64,000 bases of DNA from Candidatus Bathyarchaeota archaeon (GCA_963833125.1 CAWHWX010000005.1:71506-135505), one strand, 5' to 3'. Positions 40,185 to 50,604 are shown, numbered from the stretch's first letter. Translations and numbers: made by a program. The notes: generated from the letters alone by a model not told the origin.

Positions 40185-41050
40185 GGTTTCTGTATTGGGT
40201 TACGAACCATGTTTCCCCATTCAGTCCATGAACCGTCATAGTTCTTGACGTTAGGATATCCGAGTAGATATGTCAAGACGAACCATGAGAAAGATGACCG
40301 CTCACCGATTCTGCAGTAGGTGATGACGTCTTTATCTGGCGTTACACCTTTGCTTTGGTACAATTTTGCAAGTTCTTCTGCTGGTTTGAATGTTCCGTCT
40401 TCCTTAACGGCTTGGGACCAGGGTATGTTTGCGGCACCGGGGATGTGGCCTCCTCGTTGGGCGTGTTCGTTCGGGTATTCGGGAGGTGCGGTAATCTCTC
40501 CTGTGAATTCCGCGGGGCTTCTAACATCTACGAGCGCTCTGTTGCGCTGCCCGAGTCCTTTCTTCACGTCGTCGAGGTAGGTTCTGATTGTTTCGTCCGG
40601 TCCCTTCACCTTGTATGTCCCTTTGGCGTAGTTGGGCAGCTCTTTCGTTACCTCTCTATCCTCAGCTAGCCATTTCTTCCGGCCGCCGTTCATCAAGACA
40701 ATTTTCTCTACTCCGTAGTATTTCAGGATCCAGAATGCGAAAGCAGCAAACCAGTTGTTGAAATCCCCATAGAGCACGATGGTGGCGTTGGAGTTCACAC
40801 CAGTTCTCGAGAGCAAGTCTTCGAGTTGCTTCATGCTCAGAATATCACGTGAAAGGGGGTCGTTCATGTCATTTCTCCAGTCGAAGAGAACTGAGCCTGG
40901 TATGTGACCGAGATTGTAGTTGGCTGTTGGATCGTAGTCGACCTCAGCTATTCGGATATTCGAATCTTTCAGATGTTCGCTAACCCAGCTGGTTTCAACG
41001 AGAACTTCAGGATGCTTGTATGCAACTGCTGAATTTACCTGAGACATCAC
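40181..41050 (-). CDS. tandem-domain rhodanese/thiosulfate sulfurtransferase
   Basis: GHIPG, LVDVRS..EF.G, YCRIGERSS, YDGSWTEW. Confidence 0.93.
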   Translation of the reverse strand: MMSQVNSAVAYKHPEVLVETSWVSEHLKDSNIRIAEVDYDPTANYNLGHIPGSVLFDWRNDMNDPLSRDILSMKQLEDLLSRTGVNSNATIVLYGDFNNWFAAFAFWILKYYGVEKIVLMNGGRKKWLAEDREVTKELPNYAKGTYKVKGPDETIRTYLDDVKKGLGQRNRALVDVRSPAEFTGEITAPPEYPNEHAQRGGHIPGAANIPWSQAVKEDGTFKPAEELAKLYQSKGVTPDKDVITYCRIGERSSFSWFVLTYLLGYPNVKNYDGSWTEWGNMVRNPIQKP

Positions 41051-41285
41051 AGCTCACGAGCGTGAACATGACGTATGTAATATTTAACCTAAACTGCTCG
41101 GTATTGCTAACGTCAACAGAATTGCAAATCGTCGCTTAGTTTAAATTTGGACACAAGGCTGAGGCTTAGTAACGGGCATGTTATTGAGGCCCGGTGAATC
41201 GAGACTTCTCCCGTTTCTCGCGGATCCAGGCGCTAGGTATGTCCTCGAATGCAATCATTGCGGTAAGATAGGTCAGGTTTCATAA

Positions 41286-42739
41286 TTGTCCTTCAAAGTT
41301 GTTGATGGTTTAACTTTCGACGACGTTTTACTTGTCCCTAAGAAAACTAGCGTTCATTCTCGAAAAGACGTGCACACGAATACTAAACTTTCCCGGCACA
41401 TCGCAGTTGAACACCCCTATCGTCAGCGCACCAATGGATACGGTCACCGAACATGCGATGGCCATTACCATGGCACGCGCAGGCGGAATCGGAATCATCC
41501 ACCGATTTATGTCAATTGAGCATCAGGTTGAGGAAGTTCTGAAAGTCAAGCGTTCCGAGAGCATTGTGATTGATCAGCCCTACAGTTTCACAGGAAACGA
41601 GAAACTGAAAGACGCAAGACGCAGTAATGTCCCAACGCGGCGTATCCGGGCTATTGATCCTGGACGAAAGCGGTCATTTGAACGGAATCCTAACTGCTCG
41701 GGACATACTCTTCGAGCGTGATCCAGAGAAGAAGGTCGCGGAAATGATGACGCCCGTTAAGGATATGGTGACTGCTCCTTCGGGCACGACTCTTCAGGAA
41801 GCTGAACGGATTCTTCACAAACACAAGGTCGAGAAGTTGCCTCTTGTTGACAAAGATGGGAGGTTGCGAGGTCTCATAACAAGTCGAGATATCCTCAATC
41901 TCGAACAGTACCCGAATACATCAAAGGACGAAAAAGGACGGCTTATGGTCGGCGCAGCAATCGGCGTTAAATCCGATTACATGGAGCGAGCTAAAGCCCT
42001 TCATCAAGCCGGTGCCGACATCCTCGTGCTCGATATCGCCCACGCACACTCTGATATCACCTTGGACGTTATCCGTACGATTAAGAAATCCATACCAAAT
42101 GCAGAACTGATGGCAGGAAACGTTGCCACAAAGGAAGGAACCAACGATCTGATCAAAGCCGGAGCCGACGCTGTCAAGATCGGAATTGGCTCTGGGTCAA
42201 TATGCATTACCCGAATTGTAACTGGTGCAGGGGTTCCTCAACTCACTGCTATAATGGAATGTGCGAAAGTCGCAGATGATGCGAACGTGCCCGTAATTGC
42301 GGACGGCGGCATACGCAATTCTGGAGATATCACAAAGGCAATCGCGGCTGGAGCTTCTACAGTCATGGTCGGTAGCTTGTTAGCTGGTACCGAAGAAAGC
42401 CCTGGCATTACGGTAATGAGAGAGGGAAGGAAATACAAACTCGTTCGCGGCATGGCTTCGGTAGCCGCATCGTATGATAGGGCAGCTCGTGAATCGGAGC
42501 AACTCGAAAACGACGATGCTGCCGGGTTGCTTGATTATGTTCCAGAAGGAGTTGAGGCCTTTGTCCCATTCAAAGGCACTGCTTCCGAGCTCATCAATCA
42601 GCTCGTGGGTGGTTTGAGATCGGGACTCAGTTACTGTGGTGCAACGGAAATCTCTCAACTGCGCGGGAAAGGCGAATTTGTACGGATCTCCCCCGCAGGG
42701 CTAAAGGAAAGTTATCCCCACGACGTTGAAGTGATGTAA
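41286..42739 (+). CDS. guaB: IMP dehydrogenase with CBS pair; frameshifts near 41400 and 41625
   Basis: [46 protein letters not shown]. Confidence 0.93.
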
Positions 42740-42773
42740 GCTTCCACAACACTCTAAGCCCATCGAGTTCAAC

Positions 42774-43307
42774 TTGCGAATCCTCACAATAGGGCATTCT
42801 ACTCGTCCCATTGACGATTTCTGCAAAATACTCTCAACATATCAAGTCGCGACCTTAATTGACGTCCGCAGATTCCCTCGTTCCTTTAGAAACCCGCAAT
42901 TCAACACAGATGTAATCGGACTAGCGCTATCGAAGCATGGGATTCAATATGTATGGTTGGAGAAGCTCGGGGGGAAAAGGAAAGGGCTCGGTCAGTTATC
43001 CAAGAACACGTGCTGGAAAAACACATCGTTCAGAAATTACGCAGATTATATGGAAACGGAACAATTCATGGAAGGGATTGGACAACTACTTCAGCTAGGC
43101 AATAGTGGAACGATGGCGTTGATGTGTGCCGAGAGCCTGTACTGGAGGTGCCACCGCTCCATGATCGCGGATTTTCTGAAATCAAAAGGGATCGAAGTCA
43201 CGCACATCTTCGATGGAAAGCATACCCAAGAGCACGAGTACACTCAATGCGCCAAAATTATCGACGGACAATTAAGTTATCGTGAACGGACTATTCTTGA
43301 GTACTAG
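42774..43307 (+). CDS. DUF488 family protein
   Basis: TIGHSTR, DVRRFP.S, MCAE..WRCHRS. Confidence 0.88.
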   Translation: MRILTIGHSTRPIDDFCKILSTYQVATLIDVRRFPRSFRNPQFNTDVIGLALSKHGIQYVWLEKLGGKRKGLGQLSKNTCWKNTSFRNYADYMETEQFMEGIGQLLQLGNSGTMALMCAESLYWRCHRSMIADFLKSKGIEVTHIFDGKHTQEHEYTQCAKIIDGQLSYRERTILEY

Positions 43308-43311
43308 ATCC

Positions 43312-43639
43312 CTAGGGTACCTCGATCATCACGTCGTCCCCCTGAACCTTGACCGCGTGCGTCTTCTCCGCCGGAATAGTGTCCGCAGGCTCTCCATCCG
43401 GCCCTCCTAGAACCTTGCCGAGTCTTAACGTCGAACTGTGCTCCGTGATCGGGGCAGGTTAGGACGTTCGCCTTGAGTTGTCCTTCGCTCAAGTTGCCCT
43501 GCTCGTGGGTGCACCAATTGTCCATCACGTATAACGTGCCTTCGACATTGGAGACCACCAAATCCTTACCGCCAGCACTGACAAACTTGACCGTGCCTGG
43601 TGGTACTTCAGATTGTTTGCATGCCCTGACTAAGGTCAT
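43312..43639 (-). CDS. Rieske [2Fe-2S] ferredoxin; frameshift near the C-terminus
   Basis: CTH...CPDHGAQFD; corrected frame ends at TAG 43312-43314. Confidence 0.88.
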
Positions 43640-43684
43640 TTGCGGACCTGATTCTAAAATGATTCAATGTTTTTAAGCTCTTTG

Positions 43685-45529
43685 TCAATGGCTCCCAACA
43701 ATTCGCTCCTTGACTCTGCCCAATTCTTCAGTTAGCAAAGGAACGACCTCCGCATAGTCACCAATGATTCCGTAGTCACAGTTCTTGAAGATCGGCGTGT
43801 TGGGGTCGTTGTTTATCGCCACGACGGTCCTCGCACGCCCAACGCCAACCATGTGATTGAACGCTCCTCGAATCGCTACCGCGAAGTATAGCTTCGGACC
43901 AACTGACTTCCCGGTTAGGCCCACTTGCAGTTGGCTCGGGAGCCATCCGAGGTCAACGACCTTCCTGGTCGTAGCGATCGGCGCATCTAGTACGCTCGCA
44001 AGCTCGTTTAAGCGCGAGAGGTTTTGTGGGCCTCCAACTCCAGCTCCAACCGCAACGATTACCTCTGCGTTGTCCAATCTGAGGGCGTCGCGATCGGATC
44101 GAAATTCTTCCTTGACAACGTGGGAGACTGGTCTAATTCCAGTTAGCTCCACCTCCACAATGTCCCCTTTGCGAGATTGATTTGCCTCTGATGGGAGTAG
44201 CATGCCTGGGCGGATGGTTGCCATCTGGGGTAGGGTGTTGCTAATTATCGGTGCAACAATATTTCCTCCAAATGCGGGTTTCAGTTGAATCAGCTGTTGC
44301 TGATCGTTTAGCTCCAACCCTATGCAATCACTCGTCATCCCGAGCTCGAGACGCGCGGCAACTCTCGGCATCAAGTCTCGGCCAAAAGAAGTTGAAGCTG
44401 CGATCACCGCGTAGGGGGCAAACTTCTTTATCGTTTGAGCTAGGGCGTTCGCATATGCATCATTCGAGTACTGAACTAACCGCTCATTCCTTAGAACGTA
44501 AACCTTGTCGGCTCCGTGAGTTACAAGGCTTTGAATCTGGGCTTCGGTTCCATTGAAAACCAGGGCGCAAAGTTCACTCCGGAGTTTTGTTGCGAGCTCC
44601 ATTCCTTTACCTAACAACTCATATGTTACGGGTCGAACTTGCCCCTGAACAATTTCCGCTACTACCCAGAACGCCTTCTTTTCAGTAATTTTGCGTGTTT
44701 CTTGAGGCATGGTTTTGGTTGCGTTTTCACCTTTCCATCCTGTGAAGAGGCCTTGGTCGCTGAGGTTCTTAGCGAGTCTCTGTGTTTTTTCGTGCATTGT
44801 TTCACCTGCGACTATCTCGCACTTTCTTTTCGTTTCAATGGAGTAGATCTCTGAAACAGAGGTAGGTGAACCTTTGAAGCCGAATAGTGAGTCCTGGCCG
44901 AGTTCTACTGCCTGAACAATTTTGTAGGGTTTGTTTTTCGCATTTTCAACTTCTTCGGGCTTTGGAGAATAGGGTTTGATGAGTCTCTCGGCTGTGGTAA
45001 TGAGTAGTGGCAGGTGTGTATCGATCGTTTGGACGCCATAATCCGTTTCGGCTTCAACTGTAACAGGGTCAGGGGGACTTTTCAGTTCCACTTTGATGGC
45101 GCCCGAAACATGCGGTATGTCTAGCAGCTCAGCAACTTCGGGTCCGATATGCCCTGTTTCCGCGTCGACGCTGTATTTGCCGCACAGGACAAGGTCGATC
45201 GGCATCTCTTGTCTAATGGCTGCGGCTAGCGCTCTAGCGGTCGCAAGTGTGTCTGAGCCGGCAAACGCCTTGTCCAGGAGATGTAAACTCCTATCGATGC
45301 CCATCGCCATCGCTTCAAGAAGGGCTTCCTTTGCTTGGGGTGGACCCATGGTAATGACTACGGTCTCCCCACCGTACTTCATCTTGGACTGAACGGCGAA
45401 GGTAATGGCACGGCGGTCGAACGGGTTGATTTCATTATGCACCCCTTCCCGGATCAAGGTCTTCTTGGCGGGGTCGAATCTTAGCTCCTCAACACGTGGG
45501 ACCTGTTTTATGCAAACTATGATCTTCAA
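43685..45529 (-). CDS. fused electron transfer flavoprotein beta-alpha
   Basis: ETF-beta (CIKQVP, GSDTLAT, D.ETG..GP) fused to ETF-alpha (PAFGGN, QVGLTGK, HMVG, AINND). Confidence 0.92.
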   Translation of the reverse strand: MKIIVCIKQVPRVEELRFDPAKKTLIREGVHNEINPFDRRAITFAVQSKMKYGGETVVITMGPPQAKEALLEAMAMGIDRSLHLLDKAFAGSDTLATARALAAAIRQEMPIDLVLCGKYSVDAETGHIGPEVAELLDIPHVSGAIKVELKSPPDPVTVEAETDYGVQTIDTHLPLLITTAERLIKPYSPKPEEVENAKNKPYKIVQAVELGQDSLFGFKGSPTSVSEIYSIETKRKCEIVAGETMHEKTQRLAKNLSDQGLFTGWKGENATKTMPQETRKITEKKAFWVVAEIVQGQVRPVTYELLGKGMELATKLRSELCALVFNGTEAQIQSLVTHGADKVYVLRNERLVQYSNDAYANALAQTIKKFAPYAVIAASTSFGRDLMPRVAARLELGMTSDCIGLELNDQQQLIQLKPAFGGNIVAPIISNTLPQMATIRPGMLLPSEANQSRKGDIVEVELTGIRPVSHVVKEEFRSDRDALRLDNAEVIVAVGAGVGGPQNLSRLNELASVLDAPIATTRKVVDLGWLPSQLQVGLTGKSVGPKLYFAVAIRGAFNHMVGVGRARTVVAINNDPNTPIFKNCDYGIIGDYAEVVPLLTEELGRVKERIVGSH

Positions 45530-45566
45530 TGGTCAATCAACCTGAAAGCTTCATGAACCTATGCCG

Positions 45567-45766
45567 TCCGAAAAGGTAACGTCAAGTTAACGGTTGTTAA
45601 GGGATTTCCCCTGGTTTCGCTTCGGAATTAGAAGGGTGGATCCACCCCTCGAGGGGTGGTGCCAAACGGTGCCAAACGAAGGCAACCCTCGCCACATTTT
45701 ACGCCCCGATCCCCCCATACGAACCGGTTTGCAGCAGCAACCCCGACAAGTTGACGTTGCCTCGGG
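45567..45766 (+). ncRNA. candidate structured ncRNA of unknown family
   Basis: Long closing stem 45567-45598 / 45736-45766 with four G-U pairs, enclosing several hairpins; no convincing ORF. Confidence 0.5.
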
Positions 45767-45872
45767 AAATGCCAAGTTGGCCGGATAACGCACAGGTGGA
45801 AAAGTGGAAGTTTCTCCAAATTGATATTTTTCTCCAATGCACTATATATAGTTAGAAGACCCGAAACTCTGT

Positions 45873-46103
45873 TTGGTGTTCATTGTGGCTATCTACTTTT
45901 TGAGCGAAGGGGGCAACGTGGAGAGACATGACTTTCGGTGCTTATTCTGTGAGGCCGTTTTTGACGAGAGAAAGGTGTTGAACCTGCACTATATCGATAT
46001 CCATTCCGAGGCGTTTTCTACGGAAGAGTTGATTATGGCAGCTTCGCGGAGGGCCTATGAACTTGCACACGCGGATAGCTCCGCGTCTTTGACTGACGCT
46101 TGA
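45873..46103 (+). CDS. small C2H2 zinc-finger protein
   Basis: FRCLFCEAVF.....L.LHY..IH; TATATA box at ~45843-45850. Confidence 0.65.
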   Translation: MVFIVAIYFLSEGGNVERHDFRCLFCEAVFDERKVLNLHYIDIHSEAFSTEELIMAASRRAYELAHADSSASLTDA

Positions 46104-46155
46104 AGGTGTCCTCTTGCCCGGGTGGATGCCCATCTGCTTGCCTTGATCTTTGAGC

Positions 46156-46539
46156 TTACCCAATTTTCTTCCCGGTATTCGGTCCGAAGCTAAGCGACTG
46201 CACTTCATCGACCTTGATGCTAACAACCGCTTTGGGTTTGAAACCCATACTTTGAAGTTGGCTTGCCGCCTGTTGAAAGAGTGGCCCGAACGTTTCGAGA
46301 GTCGCGTTTCCGCTCATTCTGAATCCAATGACAGCTTGTGGGTCGAAGAAGACTACGGTAACAGCCGGCATCTTCTTCAAGACATCGCCAAGTGTTTGCG
46401 AGAACACATCCGTAAACTCTAGGTGCTCGTCATCCCTCATTCGGAAGTGTTTCGGCGACGCGCCTGGCGATCCATCAACTCGCAAGGAAGCGAGAACGCC
46501 AACGCAGCCGTTGTATTCCTTATCAAATCTCTCTGACAT
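46156..46539 (-). CDS. hypothetical protein
   Basis: 127-aa ATG-initiated ORF with globular composition. Confidence 0.5.
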   Translation of the reverse strand: MSERFDKEYNGCVGVLASLRVDGSPGASPKHFRMRDDEHLEFTDVFSQTLGDVLKKMPAVTVVFFDPQAVIGFRMSGNATLETFGPLFQQAASQLQSMGFKPKAVVSIKVDEVQSLSFGPNTGKKIG

Positions 46540-46607
46540 GAATTTCTTCAGGTTTTCAGGAAGTAAGAGCTCAATCCTCCAATTTCTCGTGGGAATTTAA
46601 CAGGTTA

Positions 46608-46976
46608 ATGTCATTAACCATATTTGAATACCTTTCCCAGTTCAGAAATTTCTTGTGGGGAAAATTCAATAAGCTACCTTGTGGGAAAGCGGGCCTAGAG
46701 GCGCGAATTTCAAGCGTGAAGAATGGCATTTACGTCTCCGGGTTGAAATACGCCGCGACCTTTGACCATAAGGCCCTTGTTTCGGGTCTCGTGCGGACCT
46801 ATTCTCAGCGAGGCATTGCAGTCAAGCCTGAACTCGCCCTTCCAGGCGGTAAGCATGCCGACCTTGCTGTATCCTTGGGTAATTCTTGGACCTACATCGA
46901 AGTCAAAACAGGATCTTCGCACCCTTCAAAGGTCCAGTCAGTTCCCCGCCGGGTTGGCATTACGCGTCTACTTTGA
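46608..46976 (+). pseudogene. PD-(D/E)XK nuclease-like fragment
   Basis: PE..LP.GKHADL...YIEVKT; short and appears truncated. Confidence 0.45.
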
Positions 46977-47101
46977 TAACAAACCTTATTCTAGACGAGA
47001 ACGATGGCGTCGATCAGCTCTCTAGTGTTCAGCTTTAAGCACCCTACCGCCAAGCTGTAGGGTTTTATTTACTTCCATCAGTAAATCATGAATAGAGACC
47101 G

Positions 47102-47668
47102 TTGCAGGCGCTTTCCTCATTCCAAGACAGATTGAATGAATCTGTTAGCACTTTTCGTAAGAAATATCCAAATTTCGAAGAAGCCTACTCTTCCTATACC
47201 TCACAATACGGAGATGATGCGGTAAGGGTTCATGAACCATTCAAAATCAGCAACACGATCGATCCAGTAAGCATAGTCCTCGGACGAACTACAAGCCTGT
47301 TTTACCGTGACACGCTAAGGGCACTGACCGGTAGTTTAGGGTCAATTGAACTTCAAAAGGGACTCGTGTACATCATAGGTAGGCGTCAAACTTCCGATTC
47401 AAAGCTGGTTGTTTGGTCGAGCAACAGTGAGAGCGAAATCGAACAATTCGACAGCCGAGTAAGAACAATCCCCTCACGAATCCACGCCGCGCTCTTCGCT
47501 TCGGGAAACGGCGAGGTCTCATTTGACGATCTCGGAAGTTCCTCCGGATCCATTTTGGCTGGAGAGACGACAAAACCGGAACCATTCATAACCTTGTATG
47601 CAACACCACGGATCATCGTTCACAGAGTTGCAATTAGGACAAAATACTCTGGTCCAATCAGTAAATGA
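47102..47668 (+). CDS. FHA domain-containing protein
   Basis: IIGRR, PSRIHA, DLGSSSGS match the FHA GR / SRxH / DLxSxNG motifs. Confidence 0.75.
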   Translation: MQALSSFQDRLNESVSTFRKKYPNFEEAYSSYTSQYGDDAVRVHEPFKISNTIDPVSIVLGRTTSLFYRDTLRALTGSLGSIELQKGLVYIIGRRQTSDSKLVVWSSNSESEIEQFDSRVRTIPSRIHAALFASGNGEVSFDDLGSSSGSILAGETTKPEPFITLYATPRIIVHRVAIRTKYSGPISK

Positions 47669-47734
47669 AACAGACTCGGTCTTGAGCCTTAGACGAGAAA
47701 GCTAAATCGGACTATTATTACGGTTCTGGGTGAA

Positions 47735-47830
47735 GGTACCGGGGGAGCTGGGTGTCCCGGCTGAGAGGACGGCTAGAGCCGTCGACCCCGTTAACCTGAT
47801 CCGGGTAATGCCGGCGTAGGGAGTGTGCTA
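47735..47830 (+). ncRNA. TPP riboswitch (THI element)
   Basis: GGGGAGC...GCTGAGAGG...GACCC...AACCTGATCCGGGTAATGCCGGCGTAGGGAG, upstream of thiT. Confidence 0.95.
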
Positions 47831-47926
47831 ACAGCAAATGCGAAAATCTTGTGTTTTCGAACCAACGATAATCGACCTCACGATCCTCGGTGACCTTCAC
47901 ACAACTATCGGAGGTGAAGTTGACTA

Positions 47927-48463
47927 GTGAAAATATCAACGAGGATTCTGACCGAGGTCATTGCTATGGTCGCGCTCGCCGGCGTCCTCGAATTCATTTC
48001 GGGATTCATGCCTTTCCTACAAATGCCTCAAGGTGGTAGGGTTACCTTCGCCGCTATGGTCCCCATCTTCTTTGTCGCATTCAGGAGAGGCCCGCGCGTT
48101 GGCATTCTGGCGGGAATTGCATTTGGCTTAGTAGTACTTGTCGAAGAGCCATTCATCTATAACCCAATCCAATTCCTACTTGATTACCCCCTAGCTTTTG
48201 GGGCTCTTGGCCTCTCTGGTTTCTTCCGAAACCTGCATTGGCCTGCGATGCCTTTGATCGGAGTTGCTGTGGGGATCGGTGGCCGTTTCATTTCCCATTT
48301 CATCTCCGGTCTTGTCTTCTTTGCGTCATACGCTCCGGCAGGTATGGACCCTGCAACTTATTCAGCCATTTACAACGCTTGGTATCTAGTACCAGAACTA
48401 ATTGTCAGTGAAATAGTAATGCTCATACTAGTGCGCCGCGGAATCCTACAGCTTTACCTCTGA
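47927..48463 (+). CDS. thiT: ECF-type thiamine transporter S component
   Basis: MPQGG.V...MVP, R.G...G, PIQ.LLDY, RF..HFISG.VFF, YS.IYN; preceded by the TPP riboswitch. Confidence 0.9.
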   Translation: MKISTRILTEVIAMVALAGVLEFISGFMPFLQMPQGGRVTFAAMVPIFFVAFRRGPRVGILAGIAFGLVVLVEEPFIYNPIQFLLDYPLAFGALGLSGFFRNLHWPAMPLIGVAVGIGGRFISHFISGLVFFASYAPAGMDPATYSAIYNAWYLVPELIVSEIVMLILVRRGILQLYL

Positions 48464-48542
48464 TCACCGAAGAATTCTACTGATAGCCAACCCCCTTTCT
48501 TTGTATCGGGAAAAGATTATCGCGTTGTTAGATGGAGGTGTC

Positions 48543-49594
48543 TTGCTATTTTTCTAGGGAAACCTAACCGCTCCTTTCTGGAGAGTGTGATCTATCAGCA
48601 ATTGGGCGCTAGGAAGCGCGGTGTCATAGTCGGGCCCAGGTTTGGAGTGGACAATGCAATTGTCCGACTTGTGACGAAGAAGGTTATGGTAGCCACAGCC
48701 GATCCTTTGTCATTCATACCGGCGTTGGGTGCTCGCGACTCTGCTTGGCTTTCGGCGAATCTGATCGCCTCAGATCTCACGACGAGCGGATTTCAGCCAC
48801 AGTATGGCATTTTCGACTTTAACCTTCCACCAAAGATGACCACCGCGCAGTTCACGAATTATTGGGCCCACTTTCATAACGAATGTAGAAAACTAGGATT
48901 GGCAATAATCGGCGGCCATACCGGTAGGTATGAAGGATGTGACTACACAGTGATCGGTGCGGGTATGATGTTCGCTGTAGGCGACGAAAATAAGTATTTG
49001 ACCTCAGAGATGGGACAGAAAGATGATGACATCATACTCACTAAGGGCGTTGCGATCGAAACCACCGCCGTCCTAACGAGAGCATTTCCCAAAACCGTGA
49101 GGAGAGCCTTGGGTGCGAGTATGTTCGAGCGAGCTCGGAATTATCTTAGGAAGGTGTCAACCGTCGAGGAGGCCCTCACAGCGGTGACCGTGGGTGTACA
49201 CCACAACGGGGTTACTTCGATGCACGACGCTACCGAGGGAGGTGTAATCGCAGCGATCTCTGAGCTTGCGGCGGCGTCTGGGCGTGGCGCTGAGCTGGAT
49301 CTCGAGGCAATGCCAATCTCCCAAGAGACAGAGGAAATCTGCAAGGTCTTCAACATAGATCCATTCACCTCTTTGAGCGAAGGGAGCTTAGTCATAACAT
49401 GCAGACCAAGAAAGACTGGAAAAGTCTTAGCCAAGCTTAGAGAGGCGAAGATAAACTCGAACGTAATTGGGCAGCTAACCAAGTCTAGTGCGGTATACGC
49501 AACCGGACCTAATGGTAGAAGGAGAATAAAGTATCCGAAGTTTGATCCGTACTGGAGAGCCTACTGGAAAGCCACAAGCAGGCACTGGAAGTGA
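48543..49594 (+). CDS. AIR synthase/HypE/ThiL-superfamily (PurM-like) protein; probable 5' frameshift
   Basis: GP..GVD, DP, N..ASD, GGHTG, MHDATEGG, SEG.L. GGAGGTG RBS precedes TTG at 48543. Confidence 0.82.
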
Positions 49595-49611
49595 ATGCGT
49601 ACCTTTCGTGA

Positions 49612-49917
49612 TCACGCAGGAGATCTGAATCTAAGATAACCGATTTCTCCAATGCAGTTCTTGCACCAGAATTGGTTTCTTTCGGGAGAGTATTCGGCGT
49701 AGGCGTCAACAACCACTGTACCGCAATTCCAACAGCGTAGCAAGAACATGTGCTTCATTCTGTGAAACTTGAGCTGAGCCTGATGCTCCTGCCAAAGAGG
49801 GTCGTCATACTCGCAGACTAGATTGCAGATTTCACAAAAGAAGAAACTCCCGGCTACCGCTAATTCACGCGATTGAAAGTCTACAATTTCTGCTGATTTA
49901 TCCATTGTTATAGCCAC
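49612..49917 (-). CDS. small Cys-rich zinc-finger protein
   Basis: Three CxxC pairs plus HxxxH. Confidence 0.55.
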   Translation of the reverse strand: MAITMDKSAEIVDFQSRELAVAGSFFFCEICNLVCEYDDPLWQEHQAQLKFHRMKHMFLLRCWNCGTVVVDAYAEYSPERNQFWCKNCIGEIGYLRFRSPA

Positions 49918-49947
49918 CCCGCCGGGATTCGGACCAGACCGCAGGCA

Positions 49948-50455
49948 TCAATGATATTCTTTTGGTTTAACAGACCCAGTTTTGGCCCTTGAGGGCGTTG
50001 CTTTCCAGGCAATTGTCCGAAGTGGCTTGATCTTGATAATCGGTCTGTTTTCGAGATTCATGCTACGATACTGTCGGTACTTCCTCCTAAGAAGCAACAG
50101 AGCCGCCCTGTGCTCTCGGCCTCCATTGAGAAGAGTAGCCGTACCCTGGACTATCACGTACTTCAATTTCCTCCAATTTTCATCATAATCATCGACGACC
50201 AGACAAACATTCGGGTTCTCAACAATGTTCAAAACTGCGGCGCAAGCCATCCGGCTTTATTCTCTTGGGCTTCCGGTCGATGGCGCTATAGATGGCAGTG
50301 GTTCGATACGCGAAACAGATTGGGACCACCAGGGGTTTTCCATTTCTTGTGGCTGAGGCCAGGTGTCCCACTCGAGCATTGGTCAGGGAATTCAGTATCC
50401 AGCTTTTGCTAGTCGGAGTAGATTTCCGGGATCCTATCAATTGTTGAGCGCACAC
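49948..50455 (-). CDS. PPOX-class F420-dependent oxidoreductase (TIGR03668-like); frameshifted
   Basis: ARVGHLA, P.VVPICF, AIDRKPK, NP.V.LVVD.Y.E.W..L, L..KY.QY. Confidence 0.82.
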
Positions 50456-50604
50456 TCAGGGTTACCAAGCCTGATAACTTACCTATGTATTCTCCTTAGA
50501 CTTCGTCACTTCATCGTTTCTGAGGTCATGCTCTCCACTTCTGCGGGGCCGAATAGACTTTCGATGTAAGACTCTTATTCTAATTATGAGAGACTAGAGG
50601 CGAA

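Noticed and set aside
45541-45840. RNase P RNA, SRP RNA, or an FMN/cobalamin riboswitch for etf
   Set aside because: No GAGGAAAGUCC/ACAGAA, no helix-8 CAGG-GGAA-AGCA, and no riboswitch cores. G-U pairs favour the strand opposite to etf.
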